DNA of 64,000 bases from Hyaloraphidium curvatum SAG 235-1 (taxonomy: Eukaryota; Fungi; Monoblepharomycota), in NCBI GenBank assembly GCA_025558095.1, contig JAIVFI010000010.1, positions 62,001 to 126,000 of the forward strand. The letters run 5' to 3'. How positions within the stretch are numbered: position 1 is the stretch's first letter; every line of letters starts with the position of its first letter. The notes under the pieces are model-generated. The model searched no databases. It was given only the letters and a program-made list of their open reading frames with translations, and was not told the origin of the DNA. Position numbers and translations under genes: made by a program. Below are positions 32,933-45,593 of the stretch, one piece after another.

Positions 32933-33863
32933 CCCAGTCTTTGTTCCATGCTCCAACTACCCCACCGCCACGGCCGTGCCGCAGGCCTGTGGGCCCTTTG
33001 TGGGCATCGGGTGCCCGCCCGGGTTATGTTGCTCCCCGAACGGATTTTGTCAGGACGATGGCGGGGACAGCGGGAAGCTTTGGTGCGGTGAATTTTGTCG
33101 CCTGGGCTGGGGGAAGTGCTTGGCTGGTCGGGGCATCTGGCCGACCTACGCGTGCGACTGGACGACTCCGACCCCGAGAAGCACCCGGACCGACTCCTGG
33201 ACCGCGTGCCCGACCCCGGCCAACTTCTGCGGGACGACGCTGGGAAGACAGTTGATCGATCCAGCAGCGCCGATCGAGCACTGCTCCGACCTCGGGGACA
33301 AGGTCCCCGGATGCAACTATGTCTTCCTCCAAGACCGATTTATCGAAGCGAGCCTCTGCACCTTCTTCAATGTCGACGACTGCTACACGGCCGGCGGTGG
33401 CAGTGCTGGGCGGAACGGACGGGGCGCATACCGAGGCGATGGCTTCTGCCCCACGTGCCTGTCTGGAGACTGCCCGCCCCAAGGAACCTACTCCCCGCGC
33501 CCGACGCGGACCACGACCACCAGCTACACCTCCACGACGTCCTGGACCGTGCCCTCGCCGACCACCACGACAAGCTACACCAGCGCCATCCCGACCTACA
33601 CGCCGTGCCCCGCGCCGGCGTACTTCTGCGGGAGCTGGCTCCAGACCTCGCTGTTGAGCCTGCGTGAGTGCGAAGAGTGGTGCGACGGGTTCCAGTGGTG
33701 CAACGTGGCCACCGTTTCCGGCACCGCCTGCTACACGGCCAACAGCACGGACACCTGCAGCCCCGCGAACTTTTGGATCGGGAACCGGTCGGCACAGCAG
33801 TCCTACAAGGGGAACGGGTCGTGCATCCCGTGCTCGGTGCAAACCGCAACCCCGTGCCCGTAG
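30703..33863 (+). CDS. Secreted Thr-rich protein: SdrD-B-like domain, 3 hevein/CBM18 domains, C-terminal Cys-rich (PAN-like) modules (copy 2, complete)
   Basis: Signal peptide; introns ~31636-31705, 32021-32083, 32761-32811; three CBM18-like repeats; stop at 33863. Confidence 0.85.
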
Positions 33864-33939
33864 CGTGCTGACGATCGCGGGTTCGAGAGCAACGACGTAC
33901 TGGGTCTCCATACCATACACATCATCGTCGTGCCACTAC

Positions 33940-34505
33940 CTACCCCTTCATCGCCGCCTTTGTGAGATCGCTGTCCACAAACTCCTTCTGCATCCGCACG
34001 GATCAGCTCGCACGCCTTCTCCACGAGCGCGGCCGGCGGGAGAACCCACCACATATTCAATCTTCCCGTCGTCGTTAAGATGAAAGACGAAAATATACTC
34101 GTTCTTGTACTCTCCACCGTCGGCCTTAATCCCCTGCCCTTTTGCCTGCGCACGCGGGAACGAGTCGGAACCCCGCACCCCGCGGGACGAGCGCCACCCA
34201 CGTCCACGCAGACCCTCCTCCCGTCCGCGGACTCGAACGCCTCGTGCACGGTCACGTCCAGGGATTTGAACGCGCCCGTGAGGATCTTGGTGAAGGTCGG
34301 GTGGTCCCATGCGGGCACGCCGAGGGAGCTGGGGGCCAGAACGTACTGCAGCTTGTCCTGTCCAAGCGTCATCGATTAGCGAATAAAGAGAGAGGGGGAA
34401 GCAGGGTGACTAGAGGACCTTGGAAAGCATGGAGAGTGCTTTCTCGGAGTCTCTGCCGACGAGCTTCAAGTATGTGAGGACGGTTTCGGTCGACGTGGGA
34501 GACAT
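33940..34505 (-). CDS. SnoaL/NTF2-like protein, multi-exon
   Basis: DGRRVC..GGEYKNEYIFVFHLNDDGKI..EFVDS pattern typical of SnoaL-like proteins. Confidence 0.75.
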
Positions 34506-34719
34506 TGGAGTGGCGAGACCGTGGGTGGGCGCAGCGTTCGGTCGGCGGGGGTTCGGAGGGGATGAGAGCGCGTAGCGAGATTGCACTTGGAGATGGTGAG
34601 ATTCTGTTTCGCAAGCGTTCGGCCCGTGGGCTCCTGCGCTTCGAGACAGTCCGCTTTGTTTATGGAGCGCGCGTCGATCCCGGAGGCGGCCCGCCTCCCT
34701 CACTCACTCCACCCACGCC

Positions 34720-36688
34720 ATGTCGACCCCGACCTTTGTGCCGCCGCGGCACGGCGGCGACGTTGCCGCCCGCGTCCTCGCGTCCCACGGCGTCAAATAC
34801 GTCTTTACGCTCAGCGGCGGGCACATCGCGCCCATCCTTGTCGGCGCCGAGTCGCTCGGCATGCGCGTCGTGGACGTGCGAGATGAGGCGACGACAGTGG
34901 GCATCTCGCGCGCCATTTCGCAGCCCCTTACTAACTGGAACATGCGCAGGTCTTTGCCGCGGACGCGATGGCCAGACTTTCCGGCACGACCGTCGCCGTG
35001 GCGTGCGTGACGGCCGGCCCCGGCCTCACAAACGTCATCACGCCCCTGAAGAACGCGCAGCTCGCCGAGTCCCCGGTCGTGGTCATCAGCGGCGCCGCTG
35101 CGACGCTCCTCAAGGGCCAGGGCGCCCTCCAGGACATTGACCATCTCGCCGTCGTCAAGAGCCTGACCAAATTCAGCGCCACTATAACTCGGGCAGCCGA
35201 CATCGTTCCCGTGTTCAAGAAAGCCTTCTACGAGGCCAAGAGCGGCGTTCCCGGACCGGTCTTTATCGAGTGCCCGCTGGATGTGCTCTACAGCGAGGAC
35301 CTCATCAAGGGTCTGATTGGCGGGAACGCGTCGCAGGCCGGCAGCCGCATCGCCCAGATCTACCTGCACTTCTACGTCTCGCGGCTCTTTGCCGGGGACC
35401 CGTGGGGCCCCAAAGACCTGGCCCCGATCCCGATCCCGTCGACCAAGCCGACCGAGTCGCAGATCCGCTCCGCCGCGAAAATCTTCGCGGCCGCCAAGAA
35501 TCCCGTATTGCTCATCGGCAGCCAGGCGCTCACCAAAGGCGCTTCCATCGCGGACAGCGTGCGCCGCGCCGCCGAGCGCCTCGGCGTCGCCACCTTCCTC
35601 GCCGGTATGGCGCGCGGGCTCCTCGGCCGCAACGGCGGCGGCGGGATCCAGCTCCGTCACGTGCGCAAGAAGGCGCTCCAGGGTGCCGACGTGGTCCTCA
35701 TGCTGGGCATCGCGCCCGACTTCCGGCTTGAGTACGGGCGCTCCCTTTCCCGCAAGTCCAAGGTGATCGCGGTCAACCTCAGCGCCAAGACGCTGTCGTG
35801 GAACGCCGGCATGTTCGGCTTCTGGAACCCGGAGCTCGCGATCCAGGCCGACGCGGGCGAGTTCCTGATCGGCCTCGTGGACCACCTCGCCGAGGGGGGG
35901 TACAGGCCCGACGGCGCTTACCTTGCCAAACTGCGCGAGGAGGACCAGGCAAAGGAGACGGCCAACATGAAGAAGGCACAGGACCGGCCCGCCGAGGGCG
36001 TGAACCCCCTTGCGGCGCTCGTGGCGCTCAACAACGCCCTCCCTGACGACAGCATCATCGTCGCCGACGGAGGTACGCCACCGACGGCTCATCCGTCATC
36101 CTGCTGGAGCTCACTCCTCCCGTTCCACCAGGCGACTTTGTCGGCACCGCCGCCTACGTCCTCCAACCCCGCGGTCCCCTCTCCTGGCTCGACCCCGGCG
36201 CTTTCGGCACCCTCGGCGTTGGCGGCGGCTTCGCGCTCGCGGCCAAGCTCTGGCGGCCCGACGCGCAGGTGTGGATCGTCTGGGGGGACGGGTCGAGCGG
36301 GTACTCGTTGGCAGAGTACGACACCTTCCGCCGGCACAATCTGCCGGTGGCGTCGATCATCGGGAACGACGGCAAGTGGATGCAGGTGGGTGGCGGGCAG
36401 CGGCGCTTTGATCCGGCTCCTCTTATGTATCGCGATCCGTGGCAGATCCTCCGCGAGCAGCAACCCATGCTCGGCTCCGCCGTCGCCTGCGAGCTCGACC
36501 AGGGCACCCGGTACGACGTCGTCGCCCAGGGCTGGGGCGCCAAGGGCTTCCTGTGTTCCACGATTGGCGAGACCGAGGACGCGATCCGGGAGGCGCAGGC
36601 GGAGCTCGCGCGGCCGGGGTCGGGGGGCGCGTGCCTGAATGTGCTGATTGCAAAGAGCGACTTCAGGGAAGGTAGCATCTCTGTTTGA
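34720..36688 (+). CDS. ILVBL: TPP-dependent acetolactate-synthase-like / 2-hydroxyacyl-CoA lyase 2
   Basis: [58 protein letters not shown] motif. Confidence 0.85.
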
Positions 36689-36773
36689 GCTTTTATAGGT
36701 CAATGTGCAATGCCCCGTGGCAAGGCCCTGAGAGCGGCGGCAAGTCTTCATCGCACCTCGGAATCCTCCCGCC

Positions 36774-38988
36774 ATGCCTTCGCTCACGGCTGCTGAGGTC
36801 GCCACGCACGACAAACCCGATGTGCGTTACCCTCTGAGCCTCCCTACCCCTCGTGGGCCCGGTTGACGAGATTTCAATTCCCGCCCCGCTCGACCCCCTT
36901 CCCAACCGTCTCCCACGCGCCGGACCCCGCTCCAACGCCCTCCCGCAACGGAATCCGCAGGACGCGTACATCATCGTCAAGGGAAAGATCTACGACGTGT
37001 CCAAGTTCGCTTCGGAGCACCCCGGGGGCCAGAAGATCCTCCTGAACGTCGCGGGCAAGGATGCCTCGAAGCAGTTCTCGGCGTACCATTCGCAGGCCGT
37101 GGAATCCAAGTGGCTGCCCAAACTCTACGTGGGCGACGTGGCGTCGGCGCTGCCCGTTACGCCGGCGCAGGGAGGGATGGTTGCCGGGAAGAAGAACGCG
37201 TGGGTGACCGGCGACAACGAAATCTTCGGCGACCTCGCGCCCTTCTGCGAACCTGCCTGGTGGGTCATTCTGCGGCCTTCTCGACCTCTTTCTGACCTGC
37301 AGTACCGGTTTAGGTACCAGGACAACTACAGCCCGTACTACAAGGAATCCCACCGCCGCCTGCGCGCCTTCATGCGCAAGTGGGTCCAGGAGGAGCTCCT
37401 GCCCCACGCCGACGAGTGGGAGGAAAAGTGCGCCAAGAACCTCGAGTACCTCCCCAAGTGGGTCCACCAGTCGGCCGGGCGCAACGGCGTGCTCCGCGCG
37501 GTGGCCGGCCCCATTTCGTGGGGCAAGGGGAACCCGATCGCCAAGGTGCCGGGGGTGCCGGCGCTCCCGGCCGGGATTCCGGAGGGAGAGTTCGACTACT
37601 TCCACGAGCAGATCGTTTGGGACGAGGTGGGTCGAACGCTTATTGGCCAGGAAGCAACGTCGTCTGAATGGCGAGTTGCGCGCAGCTCACCAACTCGGGC
37701 TACAGCGGGATTTCGAGCGCGCTCACCACGGGCGCTGCCTTTGCGACCGCGGCCCTGGTAAAGTTTGGGAGCGAGTCCGTCTGGAGGACCGTCGTTCCCG
37801 AGGTCTTGAGCGGGAACGAACAGATCGCCCTGATGATGTGAAACCCCGCTGGCCAGATCACCGTAATGGTGCTAAGTTGCCCTACCTTGCAGCACGGAAC
37901 CTCATGCTGGATCGGACGTGCAGGGCATTCAGACCGTGGGGAAGCTCGCGGACGACGGGAAGCACTTCATCGTGAACGGCGAAAAGAAGGTACGATCTCG
38001 TGAGGCTTCGTCGTTCCGTGCCTGTCTGACCTGCTGTGCCCAGTGGATTACCAACGGCGCCTTCGCGACCTACTTCGTCGCCGCCGTCCGCACCGGCGGC
38101 AGCGGCGGCGCCGGGATCTCCATCCTCCTCATCAAGCGCGGCCCGGGCATGACCACCCGGCACGTCTACGTGCAGTCGAGCCCGCTGGCCGGCACGGCGT
38201 ACGTGATGCTCGAGGACATGAAGGTGCCGGTGGACAACCTCGTGGGGCCGCTTAACGGGGGGTTCAAGGCGCTTATGCGTGGGTTGCCTTGTCGTGCCTG
38301 TGGTGCGTCCGACCGCTGACGGCGCCGTGAAGTCAACTTTAACCGCGAGCGGCTGACGATCGGCATAATGACGGCCCGCCAATCGCGGATGGTGTTCCAG
38401 GATGCGCTCCACTATGCCGTGAGTACTTCCCCATTGCGTACCAACGTCAAGCACCTTTCTTATGGACGTTTCATAGCACCGCCGCAAGACCTTCGGCAAG
38501 AACCTCATCGAGCACCCCGTCATCCGCGACAAGTTCGCCCAGATGGCGCGGCAGATCGAGTCGCTCTCGGCGTGGACCGACTTTGTCACTTACCAGCTCA
38601 GCAGGTTCCCGGAGAAGCTGTCGGACGCGAGGCTGGGGGGCCAGTGTGCGTTGATCAAGCTGCACGGCGCGAGGACGTTCGAGTACTGCGCGCGGGAGGC
38701 TTGCCAGATCATGGGCGGCATCGCCTACACGCGAGGTGGTCAGGGCGGCCGTGTCGAGCGGTGGGTCTCGGGAGGAAGGTTGCCTGGCACGAGGTCGTGC
38801 TGACGACGATCACACGCAGGCTGTACCGCGACGTGCGGGGGGCCGCCATCCCCGGCGGCAGCGAGGAGATAATGGCTGACATCGGGATGAGACAATGCTT
38901 GAAGTGGGTGCTTTGCGGGCGTTTGGCCATAGTGTGGGACTGATCTTTGTCTCGCAGGGGTGCGGAGCTGATCGGGGCCAAGCTGTAG
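36774..38988 (+). CDS. Acyl-CoA dehydrogenase with N-terminal cytochrome b5 domain, multi-exon, PTS1 (AKL)
   Basis: IYDVSKFASEHPGG; EPHAGSDV; NGEKKWITNG; QIMGGIAY; IPGGSEEIM; ends GAKL*. Confidence 0.9.
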
Positions 38989-39215
38989 AGGCTGTCTCGC
39001 GGTAAACCTGCCAAATAGACGGCCAGAGGGATGAAGGCTGAGGCATACTCCATTCTATCCGTTTCGCCGTCCTTGATTGCTGCGAATGGCCTTTGGCGGG
39101 CCCGACGCCCGATCGCTGGCGCAACGCCTTTCCTCGAAAAAGTTCACCCGGCCCACGTCTCCCTTCCCGACCCGCTGCTTCCCCCATCCGCCCCCTCCAG
39201 TCCTCCCTCCCCGCG

Positions 39216-40055
39216 ATGGCGCACAACATCGCGCCGCTTGCCGACCAGGCGATATACCGCAAGGAGAAGCGCACGGGCGTGCAGACGCAGCGGCCCATCT
39301 CGCGGCGCGAGGACTCGCTCGAGGACTTTCTGAAGGACTTTTCGTCGGCCGTCGCGCTGTCCGCCACCGTGCAGGTTAGCGCGGGCAAGGCGCGCTACAT
39401 CGACGACATCCCCGCGGGCGGCGAGCTGGAGAAGCAGCTCAAGAAGACGGCGGCGGAGATGGGGGCCCCGCTCCCGCGCTCCGACTCGTTCAAGGAAAAG
39501 GGCAAGATCGAGTTCAAGGAGGCGTGGCCGGGCCAGGAGCACGAGATTTACAAGACGTCGGAGCGGGAGCTCCAGGCCGCGGCCGCGGAGCAGGAGAAGA
39601 AGGACTCGGCGTCGGTCTTCTCCAAGGCCGCGGAGTCCGTGGTGCAGACCATCGCCCGGTCGATCCGGCCCGACCCGGACGGCGTCTCGGAGCTGCCCGC
39701 CGGGCTGCTGATCGCCGACGCGCGGCACAAGCGCGAGGCGATCGGGCGGCAGCAGCTCAACCCGTCGCGGGCCAAGGCCGCGTGGCAGAAGATCCGGAGC
39801 AACGTCAACTCGCCGATCCAGATCTACCTGGACAACAGGAAGATGGGCTCGCACATCCCGATGAAGCCGGCGAGGGACTCGGCGCTCGAGCCGGAAAGGG
39901 AGTACGTGCCCAAGGTGGACGACCGCGACGCCGCGTTCCTGGCCGCGATCGAGAAGCACGAGGCGTCCAAGGTCGCGGGGGGCTCGTCGGACGGCGCGGA
40001 TGCGGTGAGCGTGGCGGGATCGGACGAGACCAGGGTGGAGGGCAAGAAGAAGTGA
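39216..40055 (+). CDS. Hypothetical charged protein
   Basis: Intronless ORF with strong GC3 bias. Confidence 0.65.
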   Translation: MAHNIAPLADQAIYRKEKRTGVQTQRPISRREDSLEDFLKDFSSAVALSATVQVSAGKARYIDDIPAGGELEKQLKKTAAEMGAPLPRSDSFKEKGKIEFKEAWPGQEHEIYKTSERELQAAAAEQEKKDSASVFSKAAESVVQTIARSIRPDPDGVSELPAGLLIADARHKREAIGRQQLNPSRAKAAWQKIRSNVNSPIQIYLDNRKMGSHIPMKPARDSALEPEREYVPKVDDRDAAFLAAIEKHEASKVAGGSSDGADAVSVAGSDETRVEGKKK

Positions 40056-40288
40056 TCACTGACGGCGCGGGCGAGGGGGGCTGCCGGCTCGATGGCAAAG
40101 CTGCGGCGCTCACGATGGGCACTCTTTGTAGAGGTGATGGCATGTACATAAGGAGTATCTCGGGCATGAAGTTGCGTTCGTTCGACCGAGTCTTTGGGGG
40201 ACGATCAAGGGTCCGATTGTTGCGCCCGCCCCACCCAGCTGAATCTCGCCGTCACCTCCTGCATCGCCGCCGCAACCAGCATATCACG

Positions 40289-41269
40289 ATGCCGGGCGTG
40301 CCTCCCAGCTACAGCGCGGCCACTGCCGGCCCGCCCGCCTCGCTGCCCGCGGCCGAGTACCTCTCCGACCCGGGCGTCGCCGCCATGGAACTGCAGCGAA
40401 AGCGCCTGATCGTGGAACACATGCGGCCCGACTTCCGCTGGCCCGTGCCATGGAACAACGTCAACACATGGCGCAGCAAGCCGCCGCACACGTTCATGTC
40501 GGTGGTGCACACGGCGCCGCGGTTCCCCGTGCCCGAAGCCGACCCGACCGTGCGCAAAACCGTCGCCACGCCGTGCCCCGGCACCCTCGACGAGCTGCTC
40601 GCCCGCGGCCCCACGTGGTTCTCCCGCACGTACGACCCGATGTTCTCGTTTTTGGCCGAAAGGGCCGTCGACGCCCTCACGTCGGACCGCACCTGCGCGA
40701 TCCCCGGGTGCGGCAAGCCCAGGCAGCACCTCTTCAGGCCGACGTGATCGACCAGCCCGTCGCCGGGACCCCGCGCACCGAACCCGGGTGGCGGATCAAC
40801 ACCACGCACCACGTCGTGCCCCTCTGCTCGTGGCGCGGCTCGCCGTGCGAGCTCTTCGCCAGGCTGTACATGGACGCGGTCATCTGCGCGCCCGTGGGCG
40901 AGAACCACGAGCAGAGGCGGACGTGCGAGATGTGCGGGCGGATGGAGGCCAAGAGGGACGTGCAGGAGGTGTTCAAAAGGTGCTCCAGGTGCGCGGCGTG
41001 CGGCTGCCAACCCCCCCGAGGTCGAAAATTGACTGGGTCTTGTGCCTACCAGGTGCAAGCAAGCGTTCTACTGCAACGCCGAGTGCCAGCACGAGCACTG
41101 GGCCTTCCACAAGGAGCACTGCAGCGACTACGACGCGGTGCTGCGGCCCGTCGAGGAACGCCTGAAGCCGTTCGTCGTCGCGCGGCGGCAGGAGGCCAAA
41201 GAGGCCATGGACAGGGAGCAGTCGGGGCAGACGGCGCCGGCGGGCGTCGATTTGGACGAGGTGGATTGA
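40289..41269 (+). CDS. MYND zinc-finger protein (apparent frameshift at ~40735; intron ~40989-41052)
   Basis: CEMC..KRCSRCKQAFYCNAECQHEHWAFHKEHC. Confidence 0.75.
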
Positions 41270-41499
41270 TCGTTCGGTGGAGAGTCCGACGACGCCCGTC
41301 CACGCGGGCGCTTGTCCACGCGTGCGGTCGTAGCTTCTGGCAATTGCTGTGTTTTCTTTGGCCAATGACGTTGTCGCCTCCGACCCATATTCCTCTCGCA
41401 AAGCAGCGCCTGCGATCAACCCGGACCAACGCGAGTCGCAATCGATAGAATAGAGTTCTCATCGTTCAAAAGATAGCACGCAAGTATCGTCCGCCCGCC

Positions 41500-42554
41500 C
41501 TACTGGGCGGTATAGCCACCATCCACGGTATACTCGGCTCCCACGCAGAACGAGCTGTCCTCGCTCGCCAGGAAGATGACCATGCTGGCGATCTCGTCGG
41601 CGCTGGCGAAGCGCTTGAGCGCGTGGAGCTGGGCGATGGTCTGGATGGAGCTGATCAGGTAAGGCGGCCGGTGTGCGCAAGCAGCGGACCTTGAAGCGCT
41701 CGTCGTCCACGGCCGTGTTGGTCATGTCCGTCTCCACGTATCTGGTTTCGAAATCGACGAAGGAGCTTCATGAGCCACACCGGATGGCTGCGAACAATGC
41801 CACGTACCCCGGCTGCGAAAATCCATGTCGGTGGAACGTCAAAGCGTCACGTAAGGGCACCGACGAGGTGAGGGGAGCCACCAGACATCAGCAGCGAGGT
41901 CCGTACGTGAACGGAATTGCAACGGATCCCGGTCCCCCTGCTCGCCAGGTGCAGTGCGACCGACTTCGTAAGCTGCCGTACCGCGCCCTTGCTGGCGCAG
42001 TACGCGATCGCGCTTTGGTTCGCAATAAGACCCATGATCGAACTGACGTTGATGATGGACTTGTCCCATTCCGCGGGCAGCTTCATCATGGAGCGGGCGC
42101 CGTACTTGCACCCCAGCATTACGCCCGTAGAGTTGACCGCCTGCACCTGGAGCCACCGTTGCAGGTCCAGGTCCTCCAGGTTCATGCTCGGAGCCCCGGA
42201 GATCCCCGCCCCGTTGAGCAGGCACGAGATGGGTCCCAGCTTGGCCTCCACCTCCTCGACGGCCTTTCCCCAGGACTCCTCGCTCGTCACGTCCAGGGGC
42301 ACGAAAATCGCCCTGGTCCCGTTGCCCAGCGCCGAAATCTCCGCGACGACCTCGTCCGCACGCCCTTTCTGCGCCGGCAAATCCGCCAGCACCACGTCCG
42401 CGCCCTCGGCCGCGGCGCGGAGGCCCGTCCGCGCGCCGATCCCGTTGGCGCCGCCCGAGATGAGGAAGACCTTGCGCTGGTCGAGCGCAAGGCGGTTCTG
42501 GAGCCGCGTTCCGGTCTTGACGGGAGGGAGGGGCGCGGAACGCGTGGAGGACAT
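41500..42554 (-). CDS. Classical SDR (3beta/17beta-HSD or cyclopentanol dehydrogenase-like), multi-exon
   Basis: SGGANGIG, LNGAG, INVSS, YCASK, CNSVHP, DGGYTAQ*. Confidence 0.9.
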
Positions 42555-42749
42555 CGGAAAGACAGCAGTGTCCTCGGTAAATCAAGAAGCGAGGGAAAGT
42601 ATCGGCCGGGATTCCGGCGTTCCGTGTGTGGGGGACAGTTTGGAACGCAGGACACTCGGCATCGCATCCGTTACCCGGGCCCTCGCCTCGTGGCAAGGAG
42701 GTACCTGTCGCAAGGCATTTCGTCGATTCCACAAATCGTCTATCCACAC

Positions 42750-43983
42750 TCAGATCTTAGCCTTGTCCTTGCCCTTGTTGCCCCCCATGATCCCGCCCTG
42801 GAACGCCCTGAGCATCGCCAACGCCTCGGGATCCGCCGACGCCATCATCTGCGCCGCAATCAGAGTCCATCCGCCGCCCAATGCACGGCAAACCCACCTG
42901 CGCCGAATCCTCGGCGGCAACGGCACCCTGCATCGACGCGCCGTTGGCCACGAGGCTGATGAGCTGCTTGGTCAGGATCAGGCCGGTGGGGCTCAGGGCG
43001 AGCATGTCCTTGGCGAAGCGCCGGGCGGCGTCGCGGAGCTCGTCCTTGGTCTTGACGATCTCATTGAGGAGTCCGCGCTGCAGGGCGCGCGGAGCGTCGA
43101 CCCAGCGGTGGGTTGCCATGAGCTAAAAGCAGCAACAATCAGCAACGGCAATCACGCAACCCTAGATCATCCCACCTCAGTCGTGAGGCCCATCCCAACC
43201 AGCCGGGGCAGCAGCCACGACAGCCCGCCCTCGCCGCCGCTCAGGCCCATCCTGTTGGCCCCGATCGACGCCCGCCAGTCCTCGCTGACGATCCGCACGT
43301 CCGCGGCGCAGAAAAGCGCGAACCCGACTCCAACAGTCGGGCCGTGAGCGGCGGCGACGACCATCTGCGGGATCGCGAAGAGCTTGGTGGCCATGAGCGA
43401 GTACTGGCGCTGCCCGAAGTAGCTGGGGACGGGGATTGACGGGTCCGGGGGGGTGTACACGTCCTTCCAGGTGGAACCGAAGTCCTGTGGAACATTAACT
43501 CGCTTAGCATGTTGTAGGTTTCTCATTCTCGCGGCAAGCTCACCAGGCCAGCCGAAAAGTTGCGGCCTTCGCCGGCGAGGCACACGACGCGAACTGTTGA
43601 CAGACGATGAGCAAGGTGGCACCGCAATCTCGAAGGTGAACCACGTACTGGTGCGGTTCATCATCAGGCGGTCGCAAATCTCGTGGAACATGGTCGTCAG
43701 CGGCCACGACAGCGAGTTCATCTTGGTCGGGCGGTCGAAGACGATCCACAGCACGCGCCCTTCCTGTCCCCCGGAACACTCGTCAGCGGAGCACCTCCAG
43801 CTGCTCGTTGCTCCGCCCACCTCCTCGGTCCAGACCTTGAGCCCGACCTCAGCGTACTCTTCAAACGGGCGGAGCTGCCCCTGGGAGACAGCACACGCGG
43901 GAGGAGACCCGCCAGGCCGCGTCAATCCCGCTGCCGCCGGCGAGGACAGCAAACCGGACCTGGTTGGGAATGAGAGGAGCCAT
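42750..43983 (-). CDS. Enoyl-CoA hydratase/isomerase, multi-exon, PTS1-like (AKI)
   Basis: FDRPTKMNSL, PQMVVAAAHGPTVGVGFAL..ADVR, GLSWLLPRLVG; ends KAKI*. Confidence 0.85.
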
Positions 43984-44113
43984 TTCTGAGTGTCTGCGGC
44001 TGCTTGTCGAGCGAGAGCGGATGAAACGCCGGCCCGGCGGCGCGCGCGTTTGATCTTCAATCTCAGAAATCCCTCGACGACCGCGGCGATTTGTTTCCGT
44101 CCCTCCAGTGACA

Positions 44114-45544
44114 ATGGAGGAAGCTGAGGAGCTCAGGGCCGCCATAGACGCGCTCTCGCTGCGACTGCACGCCTCGGAGTCGCGCATCGCGCAGCTTCTG
44201 CGCGCAAAGCAGGAGCCTTGCGCCTCCTGCGCCGTTCTCCGCGACGCGGTCGCGGCGCTCACGGCCGAGCTCGAAGCCCGTCGCAAAGAGAGCGCGGACG
44301 CCATCAGAAGCGCTTACGATTCGAGCGATGTGGCTGCCGAGATGGCGAAGGAGATTGAGGCGCTGCGGAAGCATAATGTGCGCCTGAAGACCGAGCTGGG
44401 ACGGGCGCGGAGGCCAAGACAGCCGCCTGTGAGGGAATCCGGGGTGCAGACGGACAAGCAGCCGGAGCATACCCTGGTTTTCGAACTCGGGACGGGATTT
44501 GCGGACCGGAGAACGCCGTCGGAGCAGCCGCCGAACCACCACGAAGATACGGCGGTTGGCCACACGACAAACGGACACACGGCTCCGATTGGAAGCCGGC
44601 CGGGACGCGTCGATGGAATTGATCAAGCACCAGCAGCATCGACATCGAACGACATGTCGGTTTCGGCAGTTGGGCAGGCCTTCAGGCCGTTCACGCCGGA
44701 AGGAGAGCTCCTCGATCCCAAGCCGGACCCCGTGGACGACGGCGTTGAAATCTACGGAGGCTATTCTGCCAGCTTCAATGATTTCGATACCGATGACAAC
44801 GCCTCGGACCGCGGTTCGGCCACCTCGGATTCCTCCGCCGGCACCTCGTCGAAACTCGTCCTCCAACATGCCCTCGCCCTCGCCGCCTCCCGCCCGCGCG
44901 TGCCCTTGCACGAGCTCACCTCCCTCCTCCGCTCCAACGGCATCCATCCGAACCGCCCGTTGTGGCCCTTGCTCCTGCGGCGCCGCGCCCCGGGCACGCT
45001 GCGGATGTGGAGCTTCCACGACGGCGCCCCGCGGCGCTTCTTCGCCCGGGCGGCGGGCGCGGGCGCCGAGGTCGGGCGCGATTCGGACGCTCCGCATTTC
45101 GTGGACTACGGGACGCAGGGGAGGGTGCCCGTGGGGTGGGACGAGGACGATTCGGCCGGGGAGGAAGGGGGAAGCGGGGCAGGGGGAGCGACCACTCCCA
45201 TTGCTCGCAGTCCAGCGCCTCCCGGCAGCCCTTCTGCGCCGCCGGCTGTGAGCGACCGGCAGCTGTGCGAAGCAGCGGCGCGGTACGTCCGCGGAAGGCG
45301 TTGGCCCGTCTCGCTCCCTGTACTGCTGGAGCACCTCGTCAACAAGGGCCTCTTTTTCGGATCCCCAGCTTCGCTGTGGAGCACGCTTTTGAACAAACGG
45401 GCGCCTGGGGAGCTACGCATGTGGGGCTGGGTGGAAGGCAGGACGCCGCGGCGTTTCCTGGGGGAGCCGGGAGGGGAATCGGAGCAGGCCGTGGAGCAGG
45501 CCAGGGGGAAGGAAAAGTTCGAGGACCACGGGACGTGGATGTGA
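44114..45544 (+). CDS. Hypothetical protein: coiled coil plus two copies of a ~60-aa domain
   Basis: Repeats LW..LL.(R/K)RAPG.LRMW....G..PRRF. Confidence 0.7.
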   Translation: MEEAEELRAAIDALSLRLHASESRIAQLLRAKQEPCASCAVLRDAVAALTAELEARRKESADAIRSAYDSSDVAAEMAKEIEALRKHNVRLKTELGRARRPRQPPVRESGVQTDKQPEHTLVFELGTGFADRRTPSEQPPNHHEDTAVGHTTNGHTAPIGSRPGRVDGIDQAPAASTSNDMSVSAVGQAFRPFTPEGELLDPKPDPVDDGVEIYGGYSASFNDFDTDDNASDRGSATSDSSAGTSSKLVLQHALALAASRPRVPLHELTSLLRSNGIHPNRPLWPLLLRRRAPGTLRMWSFHDGAPRRFFARAAGAGAEVGRDSDAPHFVDYGTQGRVPVGWDEDDSAGEEGGSGAGGATTPIARSPAPPGSPSAPPAVSDRQLCEAAARYVRGRRWPVSLPVLLEHLVNKGLFFGSPASLWSTLLNKRAPGELRMWGWVEGRTPRRFLGEPGGESEQAVEQARGKEKFEDHGTWM

Positions 45545-45593
45545 GGCGCGGGAGCGGGAATCGGATATCTCGAAGCCCATCGCTCGCCTGGAA

